Shown in pieces: positions 30,349-38,969 of a stretch of DNA of 64,000 nucleotides. The number at the start of each line of letters is the position of its first letter. The stretch's first letter is position 1. The position numbers and the translations under genes are program-made. The notes under the pieces are model-generated. The model saw only the letters and a program-made list of their open reading frames with translations, had not been told where the DNA came from and ran no database searches. This DNA comes from a virus: positions 5,640 through 69,639 of the IMG/VR virus record IMGVR_UViG_3300047157_000098, one strand, 5' to 3'.

Positions 30349-31906
30349 TGTCTATTCTTGTATTAGAGATTACACAATCCGCAGAAATTATAGTAGAAAC
30401 AACACTAACTGCGTTCTTCAGTGCTGTTTTAGTTACTAACACTGGGTCTATAACTCCAGCTTCAATCATGTCAACGTACTTTCCAGTAGTTACATCTATA
30501 CCAAACCCTTTAGCTGCACCCGTTTTTTGAGTATCTTCAATACCGGCATTATCGAGTATCGTATTAAAAGGTGCTAATATAGCTTCTAGCAATATTTTTT
30601 CGCCAGTATTTACAGCGTCGATGTTTATTGAAGCATCAAATAGAGCAACTCCACCACCGGGAACAATTCCTTCTTGCAAAGCTGCTTTTGTAGCGTAAAT
30701 AGCGTCTTCTACTCGGTCTTTTTTCTCTTTTAACTCAACTTTCGAGTCAGCACCGACCTTTATAACACCAACAGATCCAGACAACATGGTCAACCTGTCC
30801 TTAAGTTTGCCTTTAATATAGTCGTTTTTCTCTTTTTTTATCTTTTTTCTGATATCCTTGATTCTTTCAGTTAATTCATCACCAATTACACCAGTTGTTA
30901 GGACTGTAGTTCTGTTATCTGTTACAGATTTCACCACTTCACCCAAACAATCTGGCTGGATTAGATCTAAATCGTCTCCAAGCTCTTCATTTATGACTGT
31001 AGCACCTGTTAGTATTGCTAAATCTTCCATAGTATCACCCTTTGTAGGTCCGAAACCAGGTGGATCTATGATGTTAACCTTAATATTACCCTTAATTTTG
31101 TTCATTAAGAGCGCTGATTTTACTTGTTGGTCAACATTTGCGACAATTAGCAGTGATCTCTTGTTTTTTATAACATATTCTAGTATGCTCTGTATTCTCC
31201 TAATGTTAGGAATTTCAGAAGCTACTTGTAATACTACTGGGTTTTCTAATACTGCTGTTTGTCTTTCTTTATCTGTCACCCAGTGTGGTGAGGTTAAGTG
31301 GCTTTTTAGCTGAACACCGTCAACTATTTCAACAAATGTGTCATTTGTGTCACTTTCCTCCATTAATACCGTACCGTCCTTACCTACTTTTTCGTATGCT
31401 TCTGCGATAATCGCTCCAAGTTCTGCATCATTGTTGCAACTAATGGTTGATACGTTTTTGAGCTGAGATCCTGATACTGGCGTGGCGTGTTCAGAAAGGT
31501 ATTTGTTAACCTTCTCAAGACCGGTGGAAATACCGTTCTTAATATCTCTTGTAGATATGTGTACTTCATTGTTATATACTGTTTGTAAAAGTGATTGAGC
31601 AAGAACGATAGCTGTAGTAGTACCGTCACCTGCTTCTCTCACTGTATTTTTCGATGCCTCTTTAATAAGGGTAGCACCTATGTTTTCAACCGGATCGTAT
31701 AAGACTACAGAATCTGCGACTGTTACACCATCTTTTGTGATTACCGGTTTACCTGTTGCGTCTTCGTATATTACACACTTTCCAGACGCTCCTAATGTTG
31801 ATTTAACAGCAGAGGCCAGTTTATTGACCCCTGTTGTTATTTTCTCTTTTGCCTCGTCGCCAAAGTTTAAGTCCTTGACAATCTGGCTTGGTAGATTGTA
31901 TTCCAT
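30335..31906 (-). CDS. groEL: chaperonin GroEL
   Basis: ITKDGVTVA, AGDGTTT, KKDRVEDA, EGIVPGGG, GVIDPVLV motifs; lacks the GGM tail. Confidence 0.95.
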   Translation of the reverse strand: MEYNLPSQIVKDLNFGDEAKEKITTGVNKLASAVKSTLGASGKCVIYEDATGKPVITKDGVTVADSVVLYDPVENIGATLIKEASKNTVREAGDGTTTAIVLAQSLLQTVYNNEVHISTRDIKNGISTGLEKVNKYLSEHATPVSGSQLKNVSTISCNNDAELGAIIAEAYEKVGKDGTVLMEESDTNDTFVEIVDGVQLKSHLTSPHWVTDKERQTAVLENPVVLQVASEIPNIRRIQSILEYVIKNKRSLLIVANVDQQVKSALLMNKIKGNIKVNIIDPPGFGPTKGDTMEDLAILTGATVINEELGDDLDLIQPDCLGEVVKSVTDNRTTVLTTGVIGDELTERIKDIRKKIKKEKNDYIKGKLKDRLTMLSGSVGVIKVGADSKVELKEKKDRVEDAIYATKAALQEGIVPGGGVALFDASINIDAVNTGEKILLEAILAPFNTILDNAGIEDTQKTGAAKGFGIDVTTGKYVDMIEAGVIDPVLVTKTALKNAVSVVSTIISADCVISNTRIDNASS

Positions 31907-31936
31907 TTGATTTAATTAAATTAGATTAGATTGATT

Positions 31937-32257
31937 TTACTTGAATGTCTTAACTACTTTTGGCCCTTTTAAGAAGTCTACTTTCTTAGCATAGTGATCG
32001 ATGCTTCCATCAATTGCAGCTTCTGCTCCGTCCATAGTTTCTCTTCTTGTAACGTCATGCCATTTTTCACAGCATGTATCTTCTTCAGGATCACATGGAC
32101 AATCGATGTCTTTGTATTCCGTTTGGAAGAAACCGTTAGGTAGTTGTACAATCCTCCAGTTCTTTTTTTCTGAGAGGTGTTTCCAAAGTTTTATCTGGTC
32201 TTCGGAGATTTGTGGTTGACTATTCCACGTATTAGTCTTGTAATAAAAATACGTCAT
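31937..32257 (-). CDS. hypothetical protein
   Basis: 106 aa ORF directly upstream of groEL. Confidence 0.6.
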   Translation of the reverse strand: MTYFYYKTNTWNSQPQISEDQIKLWKHLSEKKNWRIVQLPNGFFQTEYKDIDCPCDPEEDTCCEKWHDVTRRETMDGAEAAIDGSIDHYAKKVDFLKGPKVVKTFK

Positions 32258-32324
32258 TATTAAGGTATTTAGGTTAATTGAGACACTTTGGTTTAGCGGG
32301 TCTCAGTTGCGCTCTATGCTGTGG

Positions 32325-32561
32325 TTAGGATTTTACTTCTCCTCTAGTATGTGTAGCTCTGTTATAAGCTATCGATGTTCTTCTTGTTGTTCCGTCCGCA
32401 AGATGATGAATATCACTGTCTGAACGTTGGCCTATACGCTGGTTTTCTGCACGTTTCTTTTTTCTAGCTGGACTGTTTGCCGCAGCCAAATCTCTAGCAC
32501 GCTTTGCAGCTAATGCTTCTCTTGATAATCCTTGTGAATTCCCTGCTCGTTTTGTTGCCAT
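32325..32561 (-). CDS. small basic protein with degenerate HNH-like motif
   Basis: 78 aa, R/K-rich, DIHH...NRA; first gene after the late promoter. Confidence 0.55.
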   Translation of the reverse strand: MATKRAGNSQGLSREALAAKRARDLAAANSPARKKKRAENQRIGQRSDSDIHHLADGTTRRTSIAYNRATHTRGEVKS

Positions 32562-32566
32562 AGTAG

Positions 32567-32594
32567 TATTATTACACGCTCTGTTTTAAATTTA
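32567..32594 (-). promoter_or_regulatory. late-class promoter heading the 32-kb structural arm
   Basis: TAAA-N14-TGTAATAATA; ATG at 32561. Confidence 0.75.
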
Positions 32595-32601
32595 ATAAAA
32601 G

Positions 32602-32649
32602 TATGACACTTGCCTATTACTAGATACTCTTATATAGGCTAATGTCACA
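32602..32649. promoter_or_regulatory. dyad protein-binding site A (candidate origin/operator)
   Basis: TGACA-N3-GCCTAT-N16-ATAGGC-N3-TGTCA; homologous to the site at 40172-40218. Confidence 0.7.
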
Positions 32650-32769
32650 TAAAAAAAAAGTTGTTAGATAATTAGAGGTACTGCATTTCCCCCCTCCCCC
32701 ACCCGTATTCACTCCGTAGAAAAACGCAATTATTTTAGCCAGCCCCCACTCATCTTTATCATTTACATA

Positions 32770-32796
32770 TGACAGTTTGACATGACACATTGACAT
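32770..32796 (+). repeat. four tandem TGACA half-sites (iteron-like)
   Basis: TGACAGTTTGACATGACACATTGACAT, followed by an AT-rich tract at about 32810-32850. Confidence 0.6.
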
Positions 32797-32857
32797 GTTC
32801 GCATCACTACTATTTTCTTATTTCTATTTTATATATATAATTTCACATATTACTTTC

Positions 32858-32890
32858 ACATACTAAATACGAGACTAAATGGATAATATA
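32858..32890 (+). promoter_or_regulatory. early-class promoter 1
   Basis: ACATACTAAATACGA-GACTAAA-TGGATAATATA; one of five copies. Confidence 0.8.
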
Positions 32891-32916
32891 AATGTAAATA
32901 AAATCTATTATGAATA

Positions 32917-32974
32917 AGATATTGAGAGACAGTGTGGAATGGTTTCTGTGAGTTCGATTCTCACCTACTCATCT
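32917..32974 (+). ncRNA. mini tRNA-like RNA (T-arm containing)
   Basis: T-arm GTGAG-TTCGATT-CTCAC, flanking TGAG/CTCA pairing, no D or anticodon arm; first element transcribed from promoter 1. Confidence 0.4.
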
Positions 32975-32993
32975 AACAATTAAAATAATTAAA

Positions 32994-33128
32994 ATGAAAA
33001 GAAAGTTTCAACACTTTGCAATCAATGCGATATTGGTTTCGCTTGCAACACTAGCATTCACAGGAATAATAACTATTATGTATCACTTGGCTTTTAATAA
33101 TCCAACAATAACTTACGGCGGATGGTAG
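32994..33128 (+). CDS. 44-aa single-TM early protein
   Basis: Manual translation MKRKFQHFAINAILVSLATLAFTGIITIMYHLAFNNPTITYGGW. Confidence 0.6.
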   Translation: MKRKFQHFAINAILVSLATLAFTGIITIMYHLAFNNPTITYGGW

Positions 33129-33540
33129 AACTACTTGACAAAATAGCACAAGAAACATACGGTGAATTTGGATTCGCTACATGTACTGACGAGCAACAAC
33201 TAGAAATAATAAGTAATAATTTAACAACTAAATAATATGCAGTGGATTTTAACATGCGAAAACGGTAAGCAAATAGATATGTCAAGCGATATACTAAAGC
33301 AAATGGAAAGAAAAATAACAAGACAAGATGTTCTTGAAAGAATTGAGTTTTATAAATCAACTAATAAAAAATAATAATATGTATAGAAAATATCAAACTA
33401 ATCAACAAGCGTGGGATGAAGTGACACGTAACTACAATGAATCACTAAGACGAACAGAAATCTGTAAAGAAATGTTTGGTCAAGAAAATCTAAAAGGTTT
33501 AACAGATGAGCAAAGAGAATCATTCTGGAAAGCAGTATAA
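33122..33540 (+). CDS. three tiny early ORFs (33122-33235, 33237-33374, 33379-33540)
   Basis: MVELLDKIAQETYGEFGFATC.., MQWILTCENGKQIDMS.., MYRKYQTNQQAWDEV..; tightly packed with A-rich leaders. Confidence 0.55.
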
Positions 33541-33541
33541 T

Positions 33542-33572
33542 ACAATCTAAATACGAACTGAGTTGGATAATA
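33542..33572 (+). promoter_or_regulatory. early-class promoter 2
   Basis: ACAATCTAAATACGA-ACTGAGT-TGGATAATA. Confidence 0.8.
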
Positions 33573-33580
33573 ATATAAAT

Positions 33581-34921
33581 ATGAATATGAAAACATTTAA
33601 ACAAGTAAACAAAACTACCATCAGAGTAAAAGATGGCGACAACTACTCAACCTATAAAGGCTATGATATTGGCTCTTTACCTCCAACATTTGGCTTCTGG
33701 TTTAATCCAGAAACAGAGAAAGAAGGTATTGGTGAATGGTTTAACTACAAAGGTTTAACTTATATACAAAAATAATAATAATATGACTAAAAGAAAATAC
33801 TTTGACGATTTAACTCTCGAGGAGATGTTTAAATCACATGACTGGACTTATATGTACGCTGATGACAATAGATATTACACATCAGGTAGAAGACAGAAAG
33901 AATTGATAGATAATAAAATAGAACAATCAGGTGGATGGTCACAAGATATTCTTAAACTACACAACGCTCATTGCCCAAAACCAATGCAGATCAGTGAAGA
34001 ATGGCTAGAAAATCATTTACTAAAACAATAAATATATGAAGACTATATATAAAGGTGATGCTCGTTATGAAAAAATAAAAGAGCAGATGGATTTACTAAA
34101 TATAACTGATGTAAGTACTGAAAAACAAATTAAAAACGGTACAATAATCTGGAGATTACCATACAAACTAAGAGGTAATTACGTAGAATATGGTGCTTTC
34201 TCTACAGGTTATGTAAGAAATCAAGGTAATCAGTGTCATTCTAACTGGCAATGTAACAAAAGAGTCAAAAGTGAACCTCAATATTATCCTGACTATAAAT
34301 GGTGCGATAAAACAAATCAAAGCATAGCGACAGGTAAATTTAATAGATACTACAGTAGAATATGTGTTTTAATACCTACAGAAATAGATAGATTAGAGTA
34401 TATGATGAAATATATAGTTAAAAATGAGTTTGTCAAGCGTGCTAAAACTTTAGAAAGAGATTACATACCAAGATGGAAGTATGATTACTTAAAAAAAGAA
34501 AAAGTACAAGAAACTATCAACGAAGTAACATTAACAGTAAACGGACAAAGATATAATATAATATAATATGGAAAAAAGTAAATTAAAAGAACTATACTTA
34601 GAACACCACGGTTCTACACTAGATACAGTAGATTTTAAAGGTGGTTATGATTTTATAATGAATCAAGAATACACTGCAGATGGCTATGACTTATTTTTAT
34701 GTCATGACGGTAAATCTGCTGTTTGTTTAAGTGAAGATGTATATTACTACTCTCATGATTTAACAGATGTACTCAAAAATGCTATACACGGCGCCCAGTC
34801 TATATACTGTGGTGAAGAGATATATGATGAGTGTTATATTAATGATGAGTGGGAAGAATGGTGTCTTGAAGACGGATTAGTAGAGTATAATGACGAAGAC
34901 GAACTAGTTATTACAGACTAA
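33581..34921 (+). CDS. four early hypothetical proteins (33581/33587-33775, 33783-34031, 34036-34566, 34568-34921)
   Basis: Head-to-tail ORFs; 33783 has a HDW.Y.YADD motif; the TTG start at 33563 in the track lies inside the promoter. Confidence 0.65.
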
Positions 34922-34945
34922 ATACGATTACCATTGGATAATATA
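34913..34945 (+). promoter_or_regulatory. early-class promoter 3
   Basis: ACAGACTAAATACGA-TTACCAT-TGGATAATATA. Confidence 0.8.
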
Positions 34946-34957
34946 ATAAACGAATAT

Positions 34958-35170
34958 ATGAATTGTAAAAAATGTAACAATACAATACCTCAACAGCGGC
35001 TAGCATTTGGTTATACTTCCTGCGTTAAATGTAGCACTACAGAAGCTTATGGTTGTGTTAATATCACTTACCACAAAACTGGCAACACTATCCAAATTAT
35101 GCCAAAAACCCAAGCAGCTAGAATACGTAAGCTATCCGCTCGTAGAGGTTACGGAACATGTTTAAGATAA
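34958..35170 (+). CDS. DksA/TraR-type C4 zinc-finger protein
   Basis: CKKCNNTIPQQRLAFGYTSCVKC matches Cx2C-x3-IPxxRL-x-Cx2C. Confidence 0.7.
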   Translation: MNCKKCNNTIPQQRLAFGYTSCVKCSTTEAYGCVNITYHKTGNTIQIMPKTQAARIRKLSARRGYGTCLR

Positions 35171-35384
35171 TAATATGAAAGAATACTACGAATTTAATAA
35201 TGAACAAGAGTACGAAGAGTACGCCCAGTTAATGTGGTTAATAAATAATAACAAATGAAAGAATATACAGTAACATATCTACCTCATATGAGAGAAGACA
35301 AAGAGTGGATCAATGTAAACGCTAAGTCTGAAGAAGATTTAGTACTTAATTTTAAAGCAGGAGTAATATTAAATATAGAGTAAA

Positions 35385-36027
35385 ATGAAAGAAAATGTAA
35401 GAGTAAATGGATGGGACTTTGAATATGTAAGTCAAGATGATGGCAATGACCAGTTCTATCAGTGTAGAGGTGAGGTAATGTATGATGACGAGCATGACCA
35501 AATACCTGAACCAGCGTTGTGGGATGCAGCGTTGAAGTTAGAAAAAGAATTAACTGAAGAAGGTTATAGATGTGATGCAAATCACAGTGAAAAAGGATGG
35601 GTTGAAGTATCAATATTTGGCAAGATATGAGTAAGTTAGACGAAATAATAGACAAAGAGTTAAAGATATTTGATAGATCAATAGTGGCTACACCAAGTGA
35701 TAGAGAAAAATTAGATGCCTTCGCGGCGGCTAATCATGGAGTTAATGATTTTTTATTAACGCAGATGGCTGTACAGTTGGGTTACGTAACAGCTTTAAAA
35801 TTTATAAAAGAAGAAGTAAACATATGAGTGATTCAGTAAAGAAATACTACGAAATGGTAGAAGACGGGGAAATAAAAGTAAACCCTGATAAAGTAAATCC
35901 TAGGTTAAGGTGTGAACAAAAAATACTAGACATAGGTCATGCTTTAAAAGAGTACGAAGGTAACGTCATAGATAAATGGCAGGTTATCAACAAGATAGAA
36001 GAAATAATGTCAAGGCTAGACGAGTAG
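35385..36027 (+). CDS. three small early hypothetical proteins (35385-35630, 35627-35827, 35824-36027)
   Basis: ATGA-coupled ORFs from the ORF track. Confidence 0.65.
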
Positions 36028-36096
36028 CTTAATTAGATGAGTTTGAAGTTGATCATGAAAAATAGGTTATATGATGGATTCTCATACATAAGTGAA

Positions 36097-36209
36097 TAGC
36101 TAGCAAAGGAAACTAGGTCAGGCAAAACATTGTACAAGTAAACGTTTTCACGAGCTTGTAGTGTAGATGGGCTACCGACGGGTATGAGGTTCGAATCCTC
36201 ACTAGTTAC
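36097..36209 (+). ncRNA. tRNA-like RNA of about 113 nt with non-canonical core
   Basis: Acceptor stem TAGCTAG/CTAGTTA, T-arm TGAGG-TTCGAAT-CCTCA, variable stem TACC-GACG-GGTA, long central hairpin TACAAGT..GCTTGTA. Confidence 0.55.
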
Positions 36210-36240
36210 AAACTAAATACGAATACAGTTGGATAATATA
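36208..36240 (+). promoter_or_regulatory. early-class promoter 4
   Basis: ACAAACTAAATACGA-ATACAGT-TGGATAATATA. Confidence 0.8.
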
Positions 36241-36254
36241 ATTAAATAATAAAT

Positions 36255-36745
36255 ATGATAAAAATTAAAACCGTCTACGACAAGTTATTGCCCGACGTTA
36301 AAACAGAATTGCAGTCAAGTGCTAGAAAGTATAATTCTGCTAAAAGGTTAAAGTATACACTAATGTCTAAAACTATGTGGCATGAACTTACAATAGATGA
36401 GATGAGAGATCTTATGACTTATGGTAACTTAACTACTTACAAACTAGATCCATTTAGCTTTATGTATGGTGATAATATACTTGTAAAATGAGCAAGTTAA
36501 ATATACCAAAATGGTTTAAAGGTAGCGTGTATAACGAAGGTGATACCGTTACCAATCCATTCAGCGGCGAAAGCTATGAACTAACTGGCTTAGAGTTAAG
36601 TATTTACGACTTTATAATGGGTTGTCAATACGTATTTGAAGTAGCACCAAAAGCTGCAACGCCTCAACAAATCAAAGACTTTCATAAAGGTATTGATTGG
36701 TTTAGAAAACATAACACTAAAGCTTATATGGTATTATTAGATTAA
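36255..36745 (+). CDS. two early hypothetical proteins (36255-36491, 36488-36745)
   Basis: Coupled ORFs downstream of promoter 4. Confidence 0.65.
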
Positions 36746-36757
36746 TGCTATACACAT

Positions 36758-36830
36758 TGCGCGGTAGAGCAGCTGGTAGCTCGTTGGGTTCATATCCCAA
36801 AAGTCGGAGGTTCGAGTCCTCCCTGCGCAC
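36758..36830 (+). tRNA. tRNA-Met(CAT), initiator type
   Basis: Cloverleaf TGCGCGG/CTGCGCA, D-arm GAGC/GCTC, anticodon stem TTGGG/CCCAA (three G-C pairs), loop TT-CAT-AT, T-arm GGAGG-TTCGAGT-CCTCC; CCA not encoded. Confidence 0.9.
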
Positions 36831-36844
36831 CTAAATAATAATAT

Positions 36845-37189
36845 ATGAATACAATAGAATTTAATAAACTAGTACACGAACTAAACGAGTACTCAAACAA
36901 TGTAATGTCAAAGAAAGGTCCTGAGTATACTCAAGAATCAGCAGACGTTTTAAACAATTTTAAAGCAACAGCAAAAAGAATAGGTATATCACCGTTAAAA
37001 GTATGGTCTATATTCTTTGACAAACAAGTGCAATCAATAATGTCTCATGTCAATAATCCCAATCTTGACAAGGCAGAAAGCTTAGAATCTAGGTTCGCAG
37101 ATGTTATAAACTACTGCAGATTAGGTCACGCTTTATTTACAGAAAGAGAATCGGGAATAATTAAAGAAGTATTTAACAATGATAACTAA
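36845..37189 (+). CDS. DUF1599 / nucleotide-modification-associated all-alpha protein
   Basis: KKGPEY...D.LNNF...DK...ES...RFADVINY pattern. Confidence 0.6.
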   Translation: MNTIEFNKLVHELNEYSNNVMSKKGPEYTQESADVLNNFKATAKRIGISPLKVWSIFFDKQVQSIMSHVNNPNLDKAESLESRFADVINYCRLGHALFTERESGIIKEVFNNDN

Positions 37190-37358
37190 AAATGAATTTC
37201 AATCGTACGTAGACGTACAAATGTCAGGTGTAACTAATATGTTTGATGTAAGAACAGTAGAGTCTATATCTGGTCTTTCAAAAGCTAAGATTATGGATAT
37301 AATGAAAAACTATAGTCAATATGACAAAACTTTTAAACTAGAAGAAAATGTCGACTAG
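37179..37358 (+). CDS. 59-aa protein with SGVTNMFD motif (DUF5049-like)
   Basis: Manual translation MITKNEFQSYVDVQMSGVTNMFDVRTVESISGL.. Confidence 0.6.
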   Translation: MITKNEFQSYVDVQMSGVTNMFDVRTVESISGLSKAKIMDIMKNYSQYDKTFKLEENVD

Positions 37359-37809
37359 AAACCTAACAATGGTAGTGGATAGGAAATATGCAGAGAACCA
37401 TGAACTTGGTTTTGCTGCTCCTCCCACATTTTTTCATGACAATAGCTATGTAAACATGTATTTACATCATGATGGCTATCCTGAATGGCAAGGTGTGCAA
37501 ATAGCAAATTGGCTTCATGCTAACCCAACTAGTGACGGTAGCCGTTTAGCTGCTAAGTTAGTTCATGATATGTACTATGACAGTTGCTATTTATATCCTG
37601 ATCACTCTAATATAGATCATCACTACACTTATATTATATTCTCAGGCAAACAAGACAGATGGGTTAGTTGTTATGACAATTACTCGAACGAAACTGTATT
37701 TGTACTAAAACCAGAGAAGATTATATCTAAATATATGAGAGATATGGAGTACACTGATTTTTCAAACAATGAAACTAGAAAAAAACAAAGAGAAGTTTAT
37801 ACAAACTAA
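37348..37809 (+). CDS. conserved phage protein (MSTR..YxHxDGYP family, function unknown)
   Basis: MSTR N-terminus and MYLHHDGYPEWQG motif. Confidence 0.65.
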   Translation: MSTRNLTMVVDRKYAENHELGFAAPPTFFHDNSYVNMYLHHDGYPEWQGVQIANWLHANPTSDGSRLAAKLVHDMYYDSCYLYPDHSNIDHHYTYIIFSGKQDRWVSCYDNYSNETVFVLKPEKIISKYMRDMEYTDFSNNETRKKQREVYTN

Positions 37810-37833
37810 ATACGAACGTAGTTGGATAATATA
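37801..37833 (+). promoter_or_regulatory. early-class promoter 5
   Basis: ACAAACTAAATACGA-ACGTAGT-TGGATAATATA; ATG follows 7 nt after TAAT. Confidence 0.8.
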
Positions 37834-37836
37834 AAT

Positions 37837-38124
37837 ATGACAGACGAACAATTAACAAAGTTAGCAGACTTGATAACAGAAAGGTTAATCAACCATCGTA
37901 ATGAAAAAGATATAGCTTGGCATGACAAAAGCCCTATAACAATAGAAGATTTGCTTGAAGATATGCCTTTAAGTTTCAAAGAAACTCCTGAAGAACATAT
38001 CATAGGTGAAATTGCACGTCTTACTACTCTTCTAATGATGTATCAAGAACAAGAAGAATACAGAAAAATGCAGATAATACAAAATAAAATTAACAGATTA
38101 CAGAATAAACTAGATAAACTATGA
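37837..38124 (+). CDS. hypothetical protein with C-terminal UVR-like coiled coil
   Basis: MTDEQLTKLADLI..EQEEYRKMQIIQNKINRL; true start probably 37837, not TTG 37822. Confidence 0.6.
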   Translation: MTDEQLTKLADLITERLINHRNEKDIAWHDKSPITIEDLLEDMPLSFKETPEEHIIGEIARLTTLLMMYQEQEEYRKMQIIQNKINRLQNKLDKL

Positions 38125-38969
38125 TAAAACCAATGCTCGCATACAAAGTAGGCAACAAACCTGTCGACTGGTCCGAGAAAGTGTACATACAACCTAAGCT
38201 TGACGGCGTTCGTTGTGTTATACAGCTCGATCCCAACGGAGAAGTTGTGGCACATTCACGTACAGGTAAACAATTTTTCAATATAGCTCACATCACAAAC
38301 TCGTTGCACTATTTTCTTACGCAACACCCTGATGTCGTCCTCGACGGTGAGTTGTATAATCATGATCTAAGAGATGATTTCGAAAAAATTATATCATTAG
38401 TCAGAAAGCAAAAACCAACTCCATCAGACAGATCAGAGGCTGGTAAGATGATACAATTTCATTGTTACGACTACATAGAAACTGTAATGAATCAACCGTA
38501 TAGCTACAGAATGAATCAACTCGCGACTAGTGATATGTATTCTTACTGTGTTATGCATGTTAAAACTCTACGTGCTCTTAGTGACCTGCAAGCAAAAGCG
38601 ATTCACAAATGTAACTTAGAAGCAGGTTACGAAGGCTCAATCCTAAGATTAGACAAAGCATATCAGCAGAAACGCTCTTATAACTTACAAAAGTTCAAAG
38701 ACTTTTCCGACACTGAAGCTACTATCATAGGTTATGTAGATGGTAAAGGCAAGAGGACGGGTACGCTAGGCAAGTTCATAATGCGAGATGACGAAGGTAT
38801 AGAGTTCGGTTGTCCACCGGGCAAAGGCTATACCTACAAGGATCTAGCTAATATGCTCGATAATATAGGTGACTATATTGGCCAGCGTGCTACCTTTACC
38901 TACTTCGAACGTACTAAAGCTAACAGCTACAGACACCCATTGTTTAAAACTATTCGTAACTATGAATAG
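38121..38969 (+). CDS. ATP-dependent DNA ligase (minimal)
   Basis: Motif I QPKLDGVR, III LDGELY, IV YEGSILR, V LQKFKDF, OB domain. Confidence 0.92.
   Translation: MIKPMLAYKVGNKPVDWSEKVYIQPKLDGVRCVIQLDPNGEVVAHSRTGKQFFNIAHITNSLHYFLTQHPDVVLDGELYNHDLRDDFEKIISLVRKQKPTPSDRSEAGKMIQFHCYDYIETVMNQPYSYRMNQLATSDMYSYCVMHVKTLRALSDLQAKAIHKCNLEAGYEGSILRLDKAYQQKRSYNLQKFKDFSDTEATIIGYVDGKGKRTGTLGKFIMRDDEGIEFGCPPGKGYTYKDLANMLDNIGDYIGQRATFTYFERTKANSYRHPLFKTIRNYE

Noticed and set aside
36028-36209. tmRNA
   Set aside because: Too short, no tag ORF, no tRNA-Ala-like GGGG 5' end or CCA end
33563-37824. TTG-initiated MDN... N-termini at 33563, 34934 and 37822 as a shared protein leader
   Set aside because: These TTG codons are part of the promoter element TTGGATAAT; real starts are downstream ATGs
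32858-37833. Five near-identical 30-bp repeats as a CRISPR array or attC-like cassette sites
   Set aside because: Spacing is 0.7-1.6 kb with genes between, the repeats are non-palindromic with a variable 7-nt centre, and there is no cas or integrase; a promoter reading fits better
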